Part shown: positions 15,091 through 27,880 of the stretch, one piece after another
How positions within the stretch are numbered: the stretch's first letter is position 1
Layout of the letters: the number at the start of each line of letters is the position of its first letter
NCBI GenBank assembly: GCA_039545335.1
Contig: BCIN01000009.1
Span: 62,001 to 126,000, forward strand
Length of the DNA: 64,000 nt
Source: Kondoa subrosea
Lineage: Eukaryota
Direction of reading: 5' to 3'
The notes under the pieces: generated by a model
What the model was told of the DNA's origin: nothing
The model's database searches: none
Seen by the model: the letters and a program-made list of their open reading frames with translations, nothing else
Made by a program: the position numbers and the translations under genes

Positions 15091-17569
15091 ATGGTATACC
15101 TCAGCAAGACTGCCTACGCGCAAGCATACAACTCTATCCTCTCCTCAGCACGTAAAGCGATCTCACTCCGACAGGCCAATTCTTCTGCAGCAACAGTTTT
15201 GATTCTCTGCGCACCTGACGTGGATGCATTATGCGCTTCTCGAATCTTAGTCAACCTATTGAACGCAGATTGTGTTGGTTATCGCGTCGTACCCGTTTCT
15301 GGTTGGAGTGAACTCTCGCGAATCAATCAAGAAATGGTTGAAGACAATATCGATCTCCGTTCTATAATTCTCATCAATCTAGGATCTCTAGTAGACTTGT
15401 CTGAATTCTTCACTTTACCACCTGATTCTTGTACTTTACATGTTATTGATTCTCATCGACCTTGGAATTTGAACAACGTCTTTGCAACTGGTCCTGAAGC
15501 TGAACAAATTATCGTTTGGGATGATGGAGATGTAGCTGAAGATCTCAATGATGAGAGAACAGCCTATGAAGCTTTACAAGTCAGTTCTGGCTTTTTGGTT
15601 ATTCCTTCTATTTCGTTATAGTGACTGGTCTTTCACTTATAGTACGAACCTGAAAGCGATTCAGATCAAGATTCAGACGAAGATGATTCAGATGCGGATC
15701 TGCCAGCTGTGCGGAAAAGAAGAGTTGTGGACAGCGAAGATGAAGACGAAGTAGACAGTGATGGTGAACCGCGTAGAAAGGGTAAAAAGAGGCAGCGCTT
15801 CGATGAGGACGGAAATGAGATAGAGGATGTCAGCTTCTCATCACTTCTCACCATGGATTTCGCACCTAAAATATGTCAAATGACTACAGGACGAGGAACC
15901 TCAAGCGAAACGAATGTCAAAGAAAGAACGCAAACAGCATCGAAGTAAGCTAGATCGCTATCACAGAGCAGGTACCTTCTATGGTCAATCCGTTGCCGGT
16001 CAAATGTATATCCTGGCAACTCTCCTTCAGAGAACAGATAACGATGCGTTATGGTATGTTTCGTACCGTTACCGACAGTCTCATCATTCTGACTAACTGA
16101 TCTAACAGGCTAGCTATACTTGGTCTTACATATCAATTCACCTCCAACTTGATCGACAGAGAAAGATACGATACTTATGTACAAGTTTTCGCCAATGAAG
16201 TAGCTCGACTCAATATTCATGGTCAAGACTTGCATCAAGCAGGTGCATCGGCTTCAACTTTCATCACTGGCCCAACGGATCGTTCGATTAGACCATCAGA
16301 GGAACTGAGGTTCATGTTGTTTCGGCATTGGAACTTATACGATTCCATGTTCCATTCTGGATATGTAGCTGGTAAATTGCGGTTGTGGAGAGAGAAAGGT
16401 AGGAAGAATCTGGTCGGCTTATTAGCTAAGATGGGGTGAGTGAATTATACTTTTGGAGAAAGCAGTATAAGAAAGCTGACGATGACTGAAACTAGATTCT
16501 CGCTTTTACAATGTCAACAAACTTATGCTCATATGGATATGAAGCTCAAACGAGCTTTAAGAGAAAAAGTGGAATCCATCTGTCCAGAATATGGATTGGA
16601 TGAATTGGTTTATGGTTCTTTCGTTCGAGCGGCAGGCTATCAATCTATTCTGTCAGCAGCAGATGCAGTAGAAGCCGTTGGTGCACTACTAGAAGCAGGT
16701 CATGGAGTCAGGTTGGACTTTGGAAAAGAAGATGGGTTCAAAACTTGGAACGCTTTCGTTCATGGCGAAGAAGACAAAGAGAATAATGGCCCGACTGCGC
16801 CTGCAAAGAATCAGCAACAGAACCATCAACAGCAAGACCAACAGCAAGAGGAGGAGGAAGATGAAATGCCAAAGAAAGAAGATGCTTGGTGGGTTCAGAA
16901 TTTCTGGTCTGCCTGGGGTGCTTTGGGATCAGAGTAAGCCTAAGTATGCATGGTCTCTCTTCTTGCCCTAACCTTTTGGCAGCTGCACTGCTCTTCGGTC
17001 TTCTCTTCAACTTAGCATGGCTTTACATCGTTCAGTGATTCGACAAGGCACTTCCATTCTAGACAAGCAAGCTATCAAAACTCTTCGCTCTTTCCGACTC
17101 GCTATCATCAAAGAAGGGCCTGATCTAGCAGTCTTCGCGCACCCAGCTACATTGTCTCGTTTAGCTGTTTGGCTTGTTGATGCTGTGCGAGATTTGATTG
17201 ATAAAGAAAAAATGGGTCGGAAGAAATCACTACCCTTCGTTGTGGCTTGCATAGACGAACGAAAAGGATCCTATATGGTCGTAGGCATCAATGGTGCAGA
17301 GCAATTTGGCGATGTGCGCAAAAAGTAAGCTCTACTTGATTGCTTCCGGTGCTTGACTAAACTGCCTTGATAGTCGCTTTGGTCTTGCATTTCAGCAAGC
17401 TGCTCAATTATCAGGCACTCGAACGGTATTAGACAAGTTCGAGAACAGTGTCATAGAAATCCAAGCGGACGACCTTTCAGGTAAGTCTCGGCTTCTATTA
17501 TAAGGGGCCTCCTACTGAACTCTGCTGGCAGAATTCATTGAAAAACTGCATCTAAGCATGGCTGCATAG
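15091..17569 (+). CDS. CDC45: DNA replication initiation factor Cdc45
   Basis: VLILCAPDVDALCASRIL, LHVIDSHRPWNL, IRPSEELRFMLFRHWNLYDSMFHSGYVAGKLRLW, LSAADAVEA, GPDLAVFAHPATL, RFGLAFQQAA. Confidence 0.96.
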
Positions 17570-17764
17570 TTCTCCTTTCGCATTATTTGTACATATATCG
17601 CTGTTTCGTTCGTCGATTGTTGTAACCCTGCATGTTTGGATCACATTGACACATTGGTAGCGCTAACTAACGACTTGTATTAAATCTTTGTGGTATGCTT
17701 AGTATTACATCTCCCTTAAAAACCGCTTTCCAATGCAAAAATGCTACTAAAACACAACTGATGA

Positions 17765-20700
17765 TTAAGGCCGAAGAGGTGTTAGAGGTACTTGACGGAA
17801 CGACATAGATCCATTGTGGGGTGTGGTAGGTCTTGTAGGAGCGGGAGTAAGACTAGAGGTATCAATCAGCTACTTTGTCACTTTGAAGTTGTAGAAGGAC
17901 TCACTAGGTATGACCACCTGTCGCTTGAATTGTCTGAGGCGCTGTAGGAGTAGCCGCTTGACTTCGATTGTGAGCCATATGAGACTGATCAAAGTATAAG
18001 CGCAAATACACCACATGAGAGGTAAAGCTTACTTTGACTAGATGTCCCGCAGCGAGAGCGCTCATGAGCGAGAGCTCACCTGCCATCACTGATGCGCAAA
18101 TGATCCGCGCTAGTCTTCTGGAGTTCTCTCCGGGACTGGTCGAATGGGGTCCTTTGACTCCCAGCATATCGAGCATTGCTTGTTGCGGATCGAGAATCGT
18201 GCCTCCACCGATCGTTCCAACTTCTATGCTAGGCATGGAGCAAGTGATGAGCAAGTCTTCGCCTCCGTTGACACTGTTCAGCAGTCAGCACGCATATGGG
18301 AAACGGAATTCAAGAAAACCTACGCTTCCATCAAAGTCATGCAATTTGAGCTCTCTACGTTTTGTGCTGGATCTTGACCAGTGGCCAAGTAGATTGCTGT
18401 CAGAATGTTGCTAGCGTGAGCGTTGTTTCCACCGATACTTCCAGCCATTGAAGAACCGATCAAATTCTTGGTGATGTTCAATCTGACGATATCAGCGACA
18501 GTAGTTTTGAGAATGCTCTTGACAACAGCGCCAGGGATTACACCTTCAGCTACAACACTCTTGCCTCTCCCTTCAATCCAGTTGATTGCAGCGGGCTTCT
18601 TATCCGTGCAATAGTTACCAGAGAGGGAAGTCACCGACATATCGGGGAAGTGATCACCCATAACCTCTAGCGCACGTTCACAACCCTTCGAAATCATGTT
18701 CATACCCATAGCATCTCCAGTTTGGCAAGCGAAGCGAACAAAAAGCGTTCGTCCAGCCATAGCGGTTTTGAGCGAGATTAATCGGCCAAACCGGGTAGTG
18801 GAATTGAACGCTGCCTTCATGATATCAGCTCCCTCCTCGGAATCAACCCAAGCTTTGGCATTAGCTGCGGCAGTGATGGAGGGGAAGTCCAAAGCAGGGC
18901 CTCGAGTCATAGCATCCTTGTGCAGAACAGTAGTGACACCTCCGCCAGCGTTCAATGCTTTGCATCCTCTCGACGTCGAGGCGACCAAAGCACCCTCCGT
19001 GGTAGCCATAGGAATAGGTAAAGCGACACCATCGATTCGTAGAGGACCAGCGACACCAACAGGAATAGGTGTATAGCCAACCACGTTCTCGCAACATTGA
19101 CCCATTACTTTAGCATAATCGTAATGCATGAAAGGTAATAGAGAAGTTTCGAGAGTCTTGGTTGAAGAAGCTCGAGCTGAGGCAAGGCAATCAGCATTGT
19201 CAAGGACATACATACTTAAACTCACAAATCAGAGCACGACGAATGCGGACAGCCCTTTGATGCTCCTTCAAGAGTTTCTCCAAGGCATAGGCAGCGACCT
19301 TGCCCTTTTGCACCATCAAGATAATCTCTTCGTCAGAGAGTAAAGTGGCTCCAGATCCATTAGCAAATACTTCAATGCATTCCTCCAGACTACGAGGCTT
19401 TCTAGGTGTCAGAGCATTTTCTTCCGAAAAGGCATCTTCAACAGTAGTAGCAGGTGTATCAGTTCCGCCAACGACAGAGCTTGAATATTCAGAGGCAGAA
19501 GGAGTAGTGACTTCAATTGATGGCTTCTGGCGCAAAGGTCGAGACTCTGATTGAGAAGCTGAGTTTTCACCAGTAAGCGACGATTCTGTTGTTGCATCTA
19601 GAGGATTGGTACCGCTTGGTGAGACGAATTTGCCATCTGCCAGAGCACGTCGAGGACGAGGCATCGCCAAAGTTAGTGGTTGCCTCTGGGCATCCCCTTC
19701 AGATCCGCTGCTTTCTGTTCTGGTTCGTTCGTGCTTCTCTTCTGCGATTGTCGGCTCAGCAGGTTGTTGCCTTCCTGAGTTATGAGCATCTCGGAGTGCT
19801 TTAAGCGGATCGTTTGCACTCGTCGTACTGTGTCGTCGGAGAGTCTTGCCCGCCTTCTCATCCTCCATTTCAATCTGACCAGTAGCGGCCAACAAGATTC
19901 TTGCAGCAGATTCAGCAGCTTCAGCTCTTGATGTACCCAAAGCAATACCCTTGAGCAAATAACCATTGAGGAAGACACTAATAGCGAGAATGATGACTAT
20001 CCATTTAGACATTACTGGATCACCAACGAATCTTGTCCAAGAAGTCATAAATCGGTCCAAGATGGCTAGCGGAGTATCGCGAGGTGCTTCAATCGAGGAA
20101 GAAGCTTCCGTATCACCAACTTCTGTTGAAATGCCAGGGATGTACATTTGTAGTACGACAGGCGCAGCGACATGAGCGATCAGGTCTGCATTGATTCCGT
20201 GAGCGTTTGATAGTTGTGAGAGAGCGTCAATAATGGAGGGAGAAGACATGTCAGCGCGATACCTTGAAGACATGCTGCTTTGACGAGAAACGACAGATTT
20301 GGTTGTTACAGTGGTGCAAAGGTTGAGTACATGTAGACCAACGAAAGAAGCAAGCAAGAAGATCTTAAGACTAGAAGTAGGGTAAAGAGAATTGAGCTTC
20401 TGGCCAGGTGCATTGCCAGTGACGAGTTTAACAATAGCTTGCTTGTAGGTGAGAGAACCACCATCTTCAGGCGATAGAGGAACAGGTGAAGAGGTTCCAT
20501 CATCCAAGATTCGGGTCAGATCCGCTGTTGAATCTGATCTTTGCGCAACACGCATGACTTTGATACGTCGGACCTTCTCGCGCGTTTCATCAATTCGTTT
20601 CGTTTGATTTCACAGCTTTCTGACAACTCACCTCGACCATGATGGTGAGAATGGCGATATAAAAGCCAAACAAGAAAGCGCAATCGAAAGCCAAAATCAA

Positions 20701-22314
20701 TGCTCCCAATTGACAAAACTCCTTCAATCCACTAATTCCACTCAAAGCACCAACAAGGAGTACACCGATTTCCACAGCGTATTCTTTGACAATTTGCATA
20801 CCATGCTTGTTGACTGCATGAATAGCAATATCCCCAGCTGGTCTCATTCCTGTTCGTTCTCTCAATAAAGCGGATTGAAGAGCTGAATCTTCGCCCCAGC
20901 TCGAATTAGCTGATCTCCGATCTTGGTCGTAATCTCTAGCGAGAACAGAAAGATCGGGTCGTGAAACAGGTCGAGTTGATGAAGGGTTCTTAAAGACTGC
21001 TCGAGCTAGAACAAATGGTTTATCGAAGCCGACGATGAGGACCAAGAAAGGTAAAGCTTCAGAAAGAGTTACTGGATTGACGGGAATATTCAGAAGGTAA
21101 GCGGTAAGAAGGGCGAAAAGGAAGCCGAAAGTTGATGAAACCAGAACAGAGCAGGCTGTAGGTAGAAAGAACAACATCAGAGACATGACTGATTGACTGC
21201 GCTCCCAAACCCACCCAGCCAAAACTTGCTGCCAAGTTGACGCATGTTGAGAAAAAGCGTAACGAAAGTTCCATGCATAAAGACATATCCGCAAAGCATG
21301 ACAGCGATATCGGCGGAGTCGGCTTTCTGTAAAACGCCGTAAACGATTATCAGGTTCGAATCTGAGAATTGTTCAGACGCCTTACCTTGGCTAAAGTCCA
21401 AAATCGCAGAACAAACGTCTTGGATGCGTAGATCAACCATTTCACACCTCTGAGCTCCCTTAACCCTCCTTCTCTGTAGGAAAGGCTTCCAGCTCGAGGC
21501 GAAAGAGGTAAACTGAGACCGAGACCAGATTGTGTGCGAGGTGCATGCAGTGAAGAATTGACAGCCGAAGTAATCTCTTCTGTACCAGAGACAGGACGAG
21601 CAGCAGAAGAGGGAAGACGTAATTCAATATTAGACGAAGTAGTAAATAGATAGGCGTTAAGTGATTCGAGCGTCTTCGAATCTTGTAGTTTGACAGCCCA
21701 TTCATCTGCTGCGTCTCGCGATTGGGAAGAAAAAGCGTAAGTGAGAATTATCTTGCGACTTGATGCATCGTCATAAGCCAAAGCCAAACAAGAAGAACTG
21801 CTTGGTAGTTGATGACAGAGATCTGGATCAAAGACGAGCTGGTTATCTGCTAGACCGAAATGTTTCCGTATGGCTTCATCCACGATTTTGAGATCGTCTG
21901 AAGCCGTTGTGATCGCTTTGGCTGTACTTGATTTCTTCGCATCTAGTAATACTTGCTGCAGGTAAACTTCTTGGGCTGAACCCTGATTTGCTGTATTCAC
22001 TCCGATCCATCTGTTCTGACCACTTACTTTCCTTACTATTGCTGATCGACTTCTAGTCGGCGGTGAAACGCTTGAACCTGTTGACCCAACTGCGTCGGCA
22101 TTGAGAAAATCTGATTCTTTTACTGCTTGTAAGAGCTGAAAGTAGACTAAAGTGACCAAAATGAAGCCAAAGACCTGAAGAAGTAGGTTGAGCTGTGCGA
22201 TCTGCATCGCTAAAGAAATGCTCTGACAATCGTTTCCACTGGGTATCTAGCTGCTATTCTTGACAACAGCGATAGCTTGCTTCGTTTAATAGGTGATGCA
22301 TTCCGCGTCTTCAT
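17765..22314 (-). CDS. HMG1: HMG-CoA reductase (class I, membrane/sterol-sensing domain plus catalytic domain)
   Basis: N-terminal YPVETIV (HPIH-like), [20 protein letters not shown], catalytic [75 protein letters not shown]. Confidence 0.98.
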
Positions 22315-23212
22315 CTTGCACAATACCAGCGCCGGACAAGTCACTCAATTTCACTTGCAGGACAAAAAACGACTTAGTGCTTTTCGAGGGTTCTTTTGTC
22401 GAACGCGCGTGAATCAATGCGACAGTCACACCAGGAAGTGCTGATCTGCAGGCTTTGAAGAGCTGGCTTGCTGGACAGCGAGAAAGAGAGCACCGGCTAT
22501 ACTGAATCAATTTCTGGGTTATGTGCCAAAAGTGGAACCACAATGCGTGTTCCCAAGTTCGCGCGGTATACGACAGGCCTAAAAGGTATGCAGCTGTTGA
22601 AGCTAGGCTGGGGACGGCAGTGACTGAAGCAGACCAAGCTTTAAATTTTGCTTTTGGCATCTTTCAACCGTGTCTTTGCTTTGGTCGCATGCTTGCCTTG
22701 GCCTCTATCATACCGTACAGCGGCTGCTGTCCACATCGTCTGTATAGCGCTGTGTCGGAAGCGAAGCCTGTGATCTTGATGTCTTTCTACTATCAAACAT
22801 AAATCGCGGGCCGTTCTTGCTATTTGCGCTGTCTCGTTTCATGCTATCTGCCTCGCTATGACTCGTCTACTCCAGCGGACAGCAAATCGTTGAGCTCTGT
22901 CTGATGTTTCTGCGTTAGAGAGTCTTTCAGTCTGCATTGTCAAGCCAACCAGATGACCTAGAAGTGCTTGCTGCAGCCAAATTAAGCTCAGCTAAACTAT
23001 TACAGCTGCGTGACAGCACTTGGATTAGTGGTTACGATGGATGTCATTCGCTATTTATCCTTTGTTCTATACTCAAAACTTTATGGAGTTCGGTGCATCT
23101 TCTACAGGTCTGTACTCAGAGATCCATTTCGCTATGATGCTTGACTTCCTCATGGCTTCCATATATCTTCGTTATTTTCTCGAATTTTGCATCGCCTTTC
23201 TTCTGAAACAAA

Positions 23213-23848
23213 ATGGCGAGACAAATCAGAATACCTTCTTCTCTTGAACCATACAAATTTTATCTTCCTTATCTCATCATCTCAATATGGTGAGTCGTAA
23301 AACCTTAGTCAGTCAAACAGCTGATTGAAAAGCTTTCGCAGCCTGTTATTCAACTTGATTACATCAACGAACCTATGGCGACACTTCCAGCACCGCCTGG
23401 GCACGTTTGGAGATATTGTCTTCGCTTGCGATGCTCGGCTTGTCATGCTGCGGACACGTCACCTTCTGCATGTCATCATTGGCCTGTATGTCGGTCGTTT
23501 TTTTCGATTGGAGTCGGCTGATTTCAGGTATAGAACTATGTAGCTCATCCGACAGGCACGACTAAACATACATGGGCTCCCTCCGAACCCTTCGCTTCCG
23601 ATCGGACTGCTAGAGATTGGCTGTCTTTGGAAGCCAACCGGAAGCACGCTCATCGCCTGCCCCATATACATTGGCTCGCCTCAGAATCAGCTCTGCCAAC
23701 CAATCCGCACCTCCATATCTGGCGCACGGTCTTCGTTTGGGACTATGTTCCGATTGGCCTCCATATTTCGACTCCTAGTACCACTCCGCCTCCTCACGCT
23801 GCGCATACTCCTGGAAGCAATGCTGGGGCTAGTTCAGTACATCATTGA
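23213..23848 (+). pseudogene. Possible degenerate small membrane-protein gene
   Basis: Good-context ATG (aacaaaATGG) and two GT-AG introns (23290-23341; ~23486-23543). A continuous frame into the last exon needs a frameshift early in exon 2. Confidence 0.3.
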
Positions 23849-23938
23849 GCTCACATATGTCAGATTCGAGTTTTGCATTCCATGATTTATCCTTTGTCTG
23901 TATTTTACGATTGACGTAGACTATACTATATCTGCCCA

Positions 23939-24706
23939 TCATACTTGAGGCCCTAGCTCTACTTCTGGCGAACTAGACAGCCTCTCCCTCTTCAACTCTT
24001 CCAATCTTTCCTCTTCCGCTTCCTTCGATCGAGCTACTTCTGGAATTGCCTTATTGTAATATGTCTTCACTCCATACTCTGCCAACGTATCTGCAGTCTT
24101 TTTCAAACGTCCATGGAGTTGTAAGAGGTAGGATGTGCTTGTAATATCTTCTTCTCTAAGCAGTTTGATCAATCCAAGCATCTTTTCATCCGCTTCTTCA
24201 TCCAAAGGGCGCTCTCCGCTCTCCATACCCACATGCTTTGGGATTCCTTTCCATATCTATTGTTTGTTCAGATAGGAAGAGTAAGAACTCGATTGCATCT
24301 TTAGTAGAATCAGGAAAGAGTTGAATAGCCGAAAGATGTTTGTTCAAAAAAGGGTCTACAGCAGAGGAGAATCATCCATTTTAGCAAGTCTATTCTTAGG
24401 TAAAGCTTTCTTGACTTCAGCTTGTGCTTGTGTAACATAATTCTTCTTTGCTGTTTTGCTGTTTGCTTTAATGAAAGCTTCTGCTTTGATTGCTACTGCT
24501 GGATCTTCCATGAGCTTCATGACTAGTTTCTTGAGTAATGGAGTAGTGAGCATAGGTAATAATTGAGCAGGTGCTAAACATGTTAATGAGCACATTTTGC
24601 ATTGACAAGTCGATTTTGAACGCGTCTTACTTTGTCGAAGTCTTTTGCTGGGTCCCTGCTGTTCTCTATCATCTGCCTTGCGCGTCGCTCGGACTTTGGC
24701 TGGCAT
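23939..24706 (-). pseudogene. Hypothetical-protein gene disrupted by two frameshifts
   Basis: One intron (~24630-24575). The frame breaks at ~24371 (1-nt loss) and again at the tandem GCTCTCC duplication 24211-24224. The repaired frame reads MDDFSSAVDPFLNKHLSAIQLFPDSTKDAIEFLLFLSEQ..ACGYGERPLDEEADEKMLGL. Confidence 0.65.
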
Positions 24707-25071
24707 CTTTCTCGTATGAATTAATAGCGCGTGGAAAGTCGTTGAAATGGAACAAGCGAAAACAAGAAAAATACAAGAGACTTCGAAAAATAGAAGAGAT
24801 GGGAGTAAGAGGAGCAGAAGAACAATGCAGGCTTTCATTCGGAAGAGACGCTAGCGTTTGAAATGGGCAATACTCTTGAAATCATGTCCAAGCTGAACTT
24901 GATCATAGAAGGGGAAGCTGTGCAGGCGGAGCAGACGATTGAGGATCACACAAACAAAGAAACACTGCTGATTCATCTGTCAGTACGCTTTGCCGCAATA
25001 TATTGCTGACTGATTGTCGCTCTCCAACAAGCTTATTAATATTTTCTTTCGCAAACCATTTCCTCGCAAGG

Positions 25072-26542
25072 ATGAATCCCGAATCCTCCAATACCCAGCC
25101 AATAGAGCCTTCTACGCAAGATGAAGTGTATGAGATGGACGACGATCAAGAATTGATGACTCTAGACGATGCAATAGAAATTTTAGAAAACGATGAGCAG
25201 CAAGCAGGTTCAAGGGAGGACATAGATTCAGACTCAGACGACGATGACGATGGAGAACAGCAACAACAACAAATTGACAGACCATTAGTCAAAGATACTT
25301 CAATAGCTCATTTCGCTTCCCATTCCAATTCAAAATCAAGTTCTGTCTTTTGCGTTGCTGCTCATCCTGTGACACCGTTATTGGCTGCAAGTGGTGGTGA
25401 AGATGATCTAGGTTATATTTGGAGAACGGATACAGGCGAAGAAGTTGCCAAACTATCAGGACATGAAGATTCAGTTGCGTGCATTGCTTGGTCAAGCGAC
25501 GGTGAGATGATTAGTACTGGTGGATTGGATGGTAAAATTAGAGTCTGGAGAAGAGTGAAACGAAGTAGCGGAGGTGCTTGGGAATGGGCTACATGGGAGT
25601 TCTTGACTTCGCTTGAAGGTCCAGATGAAGTTACTGTGCGTTCGATAGTTGTGCCTACTGTTGTTATCAGCTAAGACTTCAACATCATCTCGTACAGTCA
25701 CTCATATGGCATCCTAAAGGTCCTGTGTTAGTAGCTGGTTCTACAGACAGCACAGTATGGATGTGGAATTGTCAGTTCTTTACTTTCTTCTCTCCTTTTC
25801 TGTACATCCGCTCATTCATCTCACAGTACCTTCTGGTCGAACAATGACAGTCTTCTCCTCTCACACCGCACCAATCACTTCCATGTTTTGGTCAACACCT
25901 TTAGAAGGCAAACGACTCTTGACAGCTGATTCTGATTCTTCCTTATGTATATGGAATCCACAAGAACCTTCTCAACCTTTACATCGACTTACTTCAGCTA
26001 CTGGTCGATTCAATTTACCTGGTGGTATAACATGTATTACAACAAACGATAGTGGAAGTTTAGCTTTGTTAGGTGGTGCTGAAGAAGGTGCTTTAAGAAT
26101 AATCAACTTATCTAATGGATCTCACGTTGGTTCACTTAACGGTGGTCATGGAGAAACATCATCTGTTGAAAGCGTTTTATGGGTGGATTTGAAAGTTGGG
26201 AGTGGATTGTGGTGTTCTGCAGCAACGGATGGTACAATTTGTTGTTGGGAAGTATCAAACGGTGCATTAAGATGGAGAGTAGATGTATCGAAAGAAAACT
26301 TGCAAGAAGGTGAAGAAGAAGCTGCAGTTTCGAATTTATGTCTACATCCAAACAAGCAATACATTACTTCTAGTTGCGCAGATGGATCAGTCAAGACTTG
26401 GGATGTCAAATCTGGGAAACAAGTACAAGAACATGAAGGTCATAATTCAGCTGTGCATGGTTTGGCTGTTTCGCAAGATGGGAAATTGATTCTTTCAGCT
26501 GGTGATGATGGACTAGGGCGAGTACATGCGTTTGAGGTGTAA
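25072..26542 (+). CDS. SQT1: WD40 60S ribosome assembly chaperone (Sqt1/AAMP)
   Basis: Acidic N-terminus, DTSIAHF..SVFCVAAHP..LAASGGEDDLGYIW, WHPKGPVLVAGSTDSTVWMWNLPSG, C-terminal ILSAGDDG..HAF. Confidence 0.88.
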
Positions 26543-26825
26543 TGAAGCATTTCAATTGCATTGTCGGTCGAGACTCACTTGTCAATTGGGCTATCTCGTT
26601 TACATCGATTCTTGCAAGCGTGCTTGGCAGTAGCAAAACAAGCGAAAAGGGTCGGTTCGGATATAAGCAGAGCAAGATCGAGTGTTCATGGACTCGATTT
26701 ATAGCCTGGTATAAAGAACAACAAACTTTGATAACGCAAAGCAAATAAGCGTGGAGAATAAGTGCTACCACATAATTTTACAAGATGCATATATACAATG
26801 CAGAGAATACATGATACTGATGCGA

Positions 26826-27542
26826 TCAATCTTGAGCAAATGGCTTGCGATGTAGAGCTTCATTTGCTGACTTCGAACCATCTTCAGCGGTCTAAGTGCA
26901 CTGTTCAGACTTGCACTTGTTTTCCTGTAGCATGAATGACTTACGACTGAGTAGCTTGGCAGGTCGTCCTGAGCGAATTCCTTTGCCTTGTCGCGTAAAG
27001 CCTCCAGATAAGAATTATACTTCTGTGCTGGGAAGAGATCAACAGGCCAGCTGCTCGTCTTCTCGTGAGATCATTCACTGCTGTTACTGCGAGCAATCCG
27101 GGATGCCAAAAGCGCTTGAGACAGGAGTGAAATGTGAGCAAAGATCCGTCAAAGAGTTTCATTGGCACTCACAACAGGCTGCTTCCATTTGTTCAAGCCT
27201 TGCACAGCGACCTTCGACATAGTGCCTGGTTTTACATCTCTTGACCCATTGACACTCCAGGATCATTGCAACATCCTCCAATTCCATACTAAGAAACAAC
27301 TCCATTCGGTCCTTGATCGTTGCTGCCGGAACAACACGGCCAAAGAGGCTTGTAACAGAGGATAGGATATCCTCCTTGAGCCATTCTTGCACGATCCCTT
27401 CATGCCTGGAATTCCATTCAACATCTTTTATAGCTCCAGAAGAGAATGCTTGTGCAAGCTTTATGTAGCGATTATGTTCTCTAGAGCGCCGGATCACAGT
27501 CATGTCGTAGTTACAAGTGTCATACGTAGGCTTCTTGTACAT
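26826..27542 (-). pseudogene. Three-exon orphan gene with an internal in-frame TGA
   Basis: Start context accaccATG. Introns 27172-27115 and 26944-26892 are phase-consistent. Exon 2 reads LLASRIARSNSSE*SHEKTSSWPVDLFPAQKYNSYLEALRDKAKEF, with TGA at 27071-27073. Confidence 0.55.
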
Positions 27543-27880
27543 GGTGGTCGGTTTGAAATGAAATGCGGATTGTATTCACAGAGGGACGAGGAAAGAGAGC
27601 ATGCCCAAAGGAAGAAAGAAGAGACTCGATAGCCCGGTAGCGATCGTGTCAAGTCCAACTGTGCTACCGGAAAGAGAAGATACAAAATGGAGAGACAATG
27701 TTCCCTTATCAGCAGATGGAGAGTTCGATAGCTGGGCAAGCATAGATCACACAGACTTCAAGCGAAGAGGAGAGACTCAAGGAACATGACAACGCAGATC
27801 GATCATGGATCGCAGATCAATGTTCACCTGGCAGCTTTGAATCAACTTAATTCTCCAGCACTACGCAGATCGCGCATACA

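Noticed and set aside
18034..20175. Several 60-126 aa plus-strand ORFs opposite HMG1 (similar ones oppose CLU1, CSE1 and SEC31)
   Set aside because: These are antisense shadows of well-conserved coding exons, with no motifs or splice structure of their own.
22700..22720. ATCATACCGT as a sterol-regulatory element upstream of HMG1
   Set aside because: A single imperfect short match, expected by chance.
27071..27073. Selenocysteine reading of the in-frame TGA
   Set aside because: There is no redox-motif context or evident SECIS hairpin, and Sec machinery is not known in Dikarya.
27545..27790. Upstream in-frame extension or short ORFs before the 27542 ATG
   Set aside because: Separated by a stop, and the 27542 ATG has a strong context; this is more simply 5' UTR or promoter.
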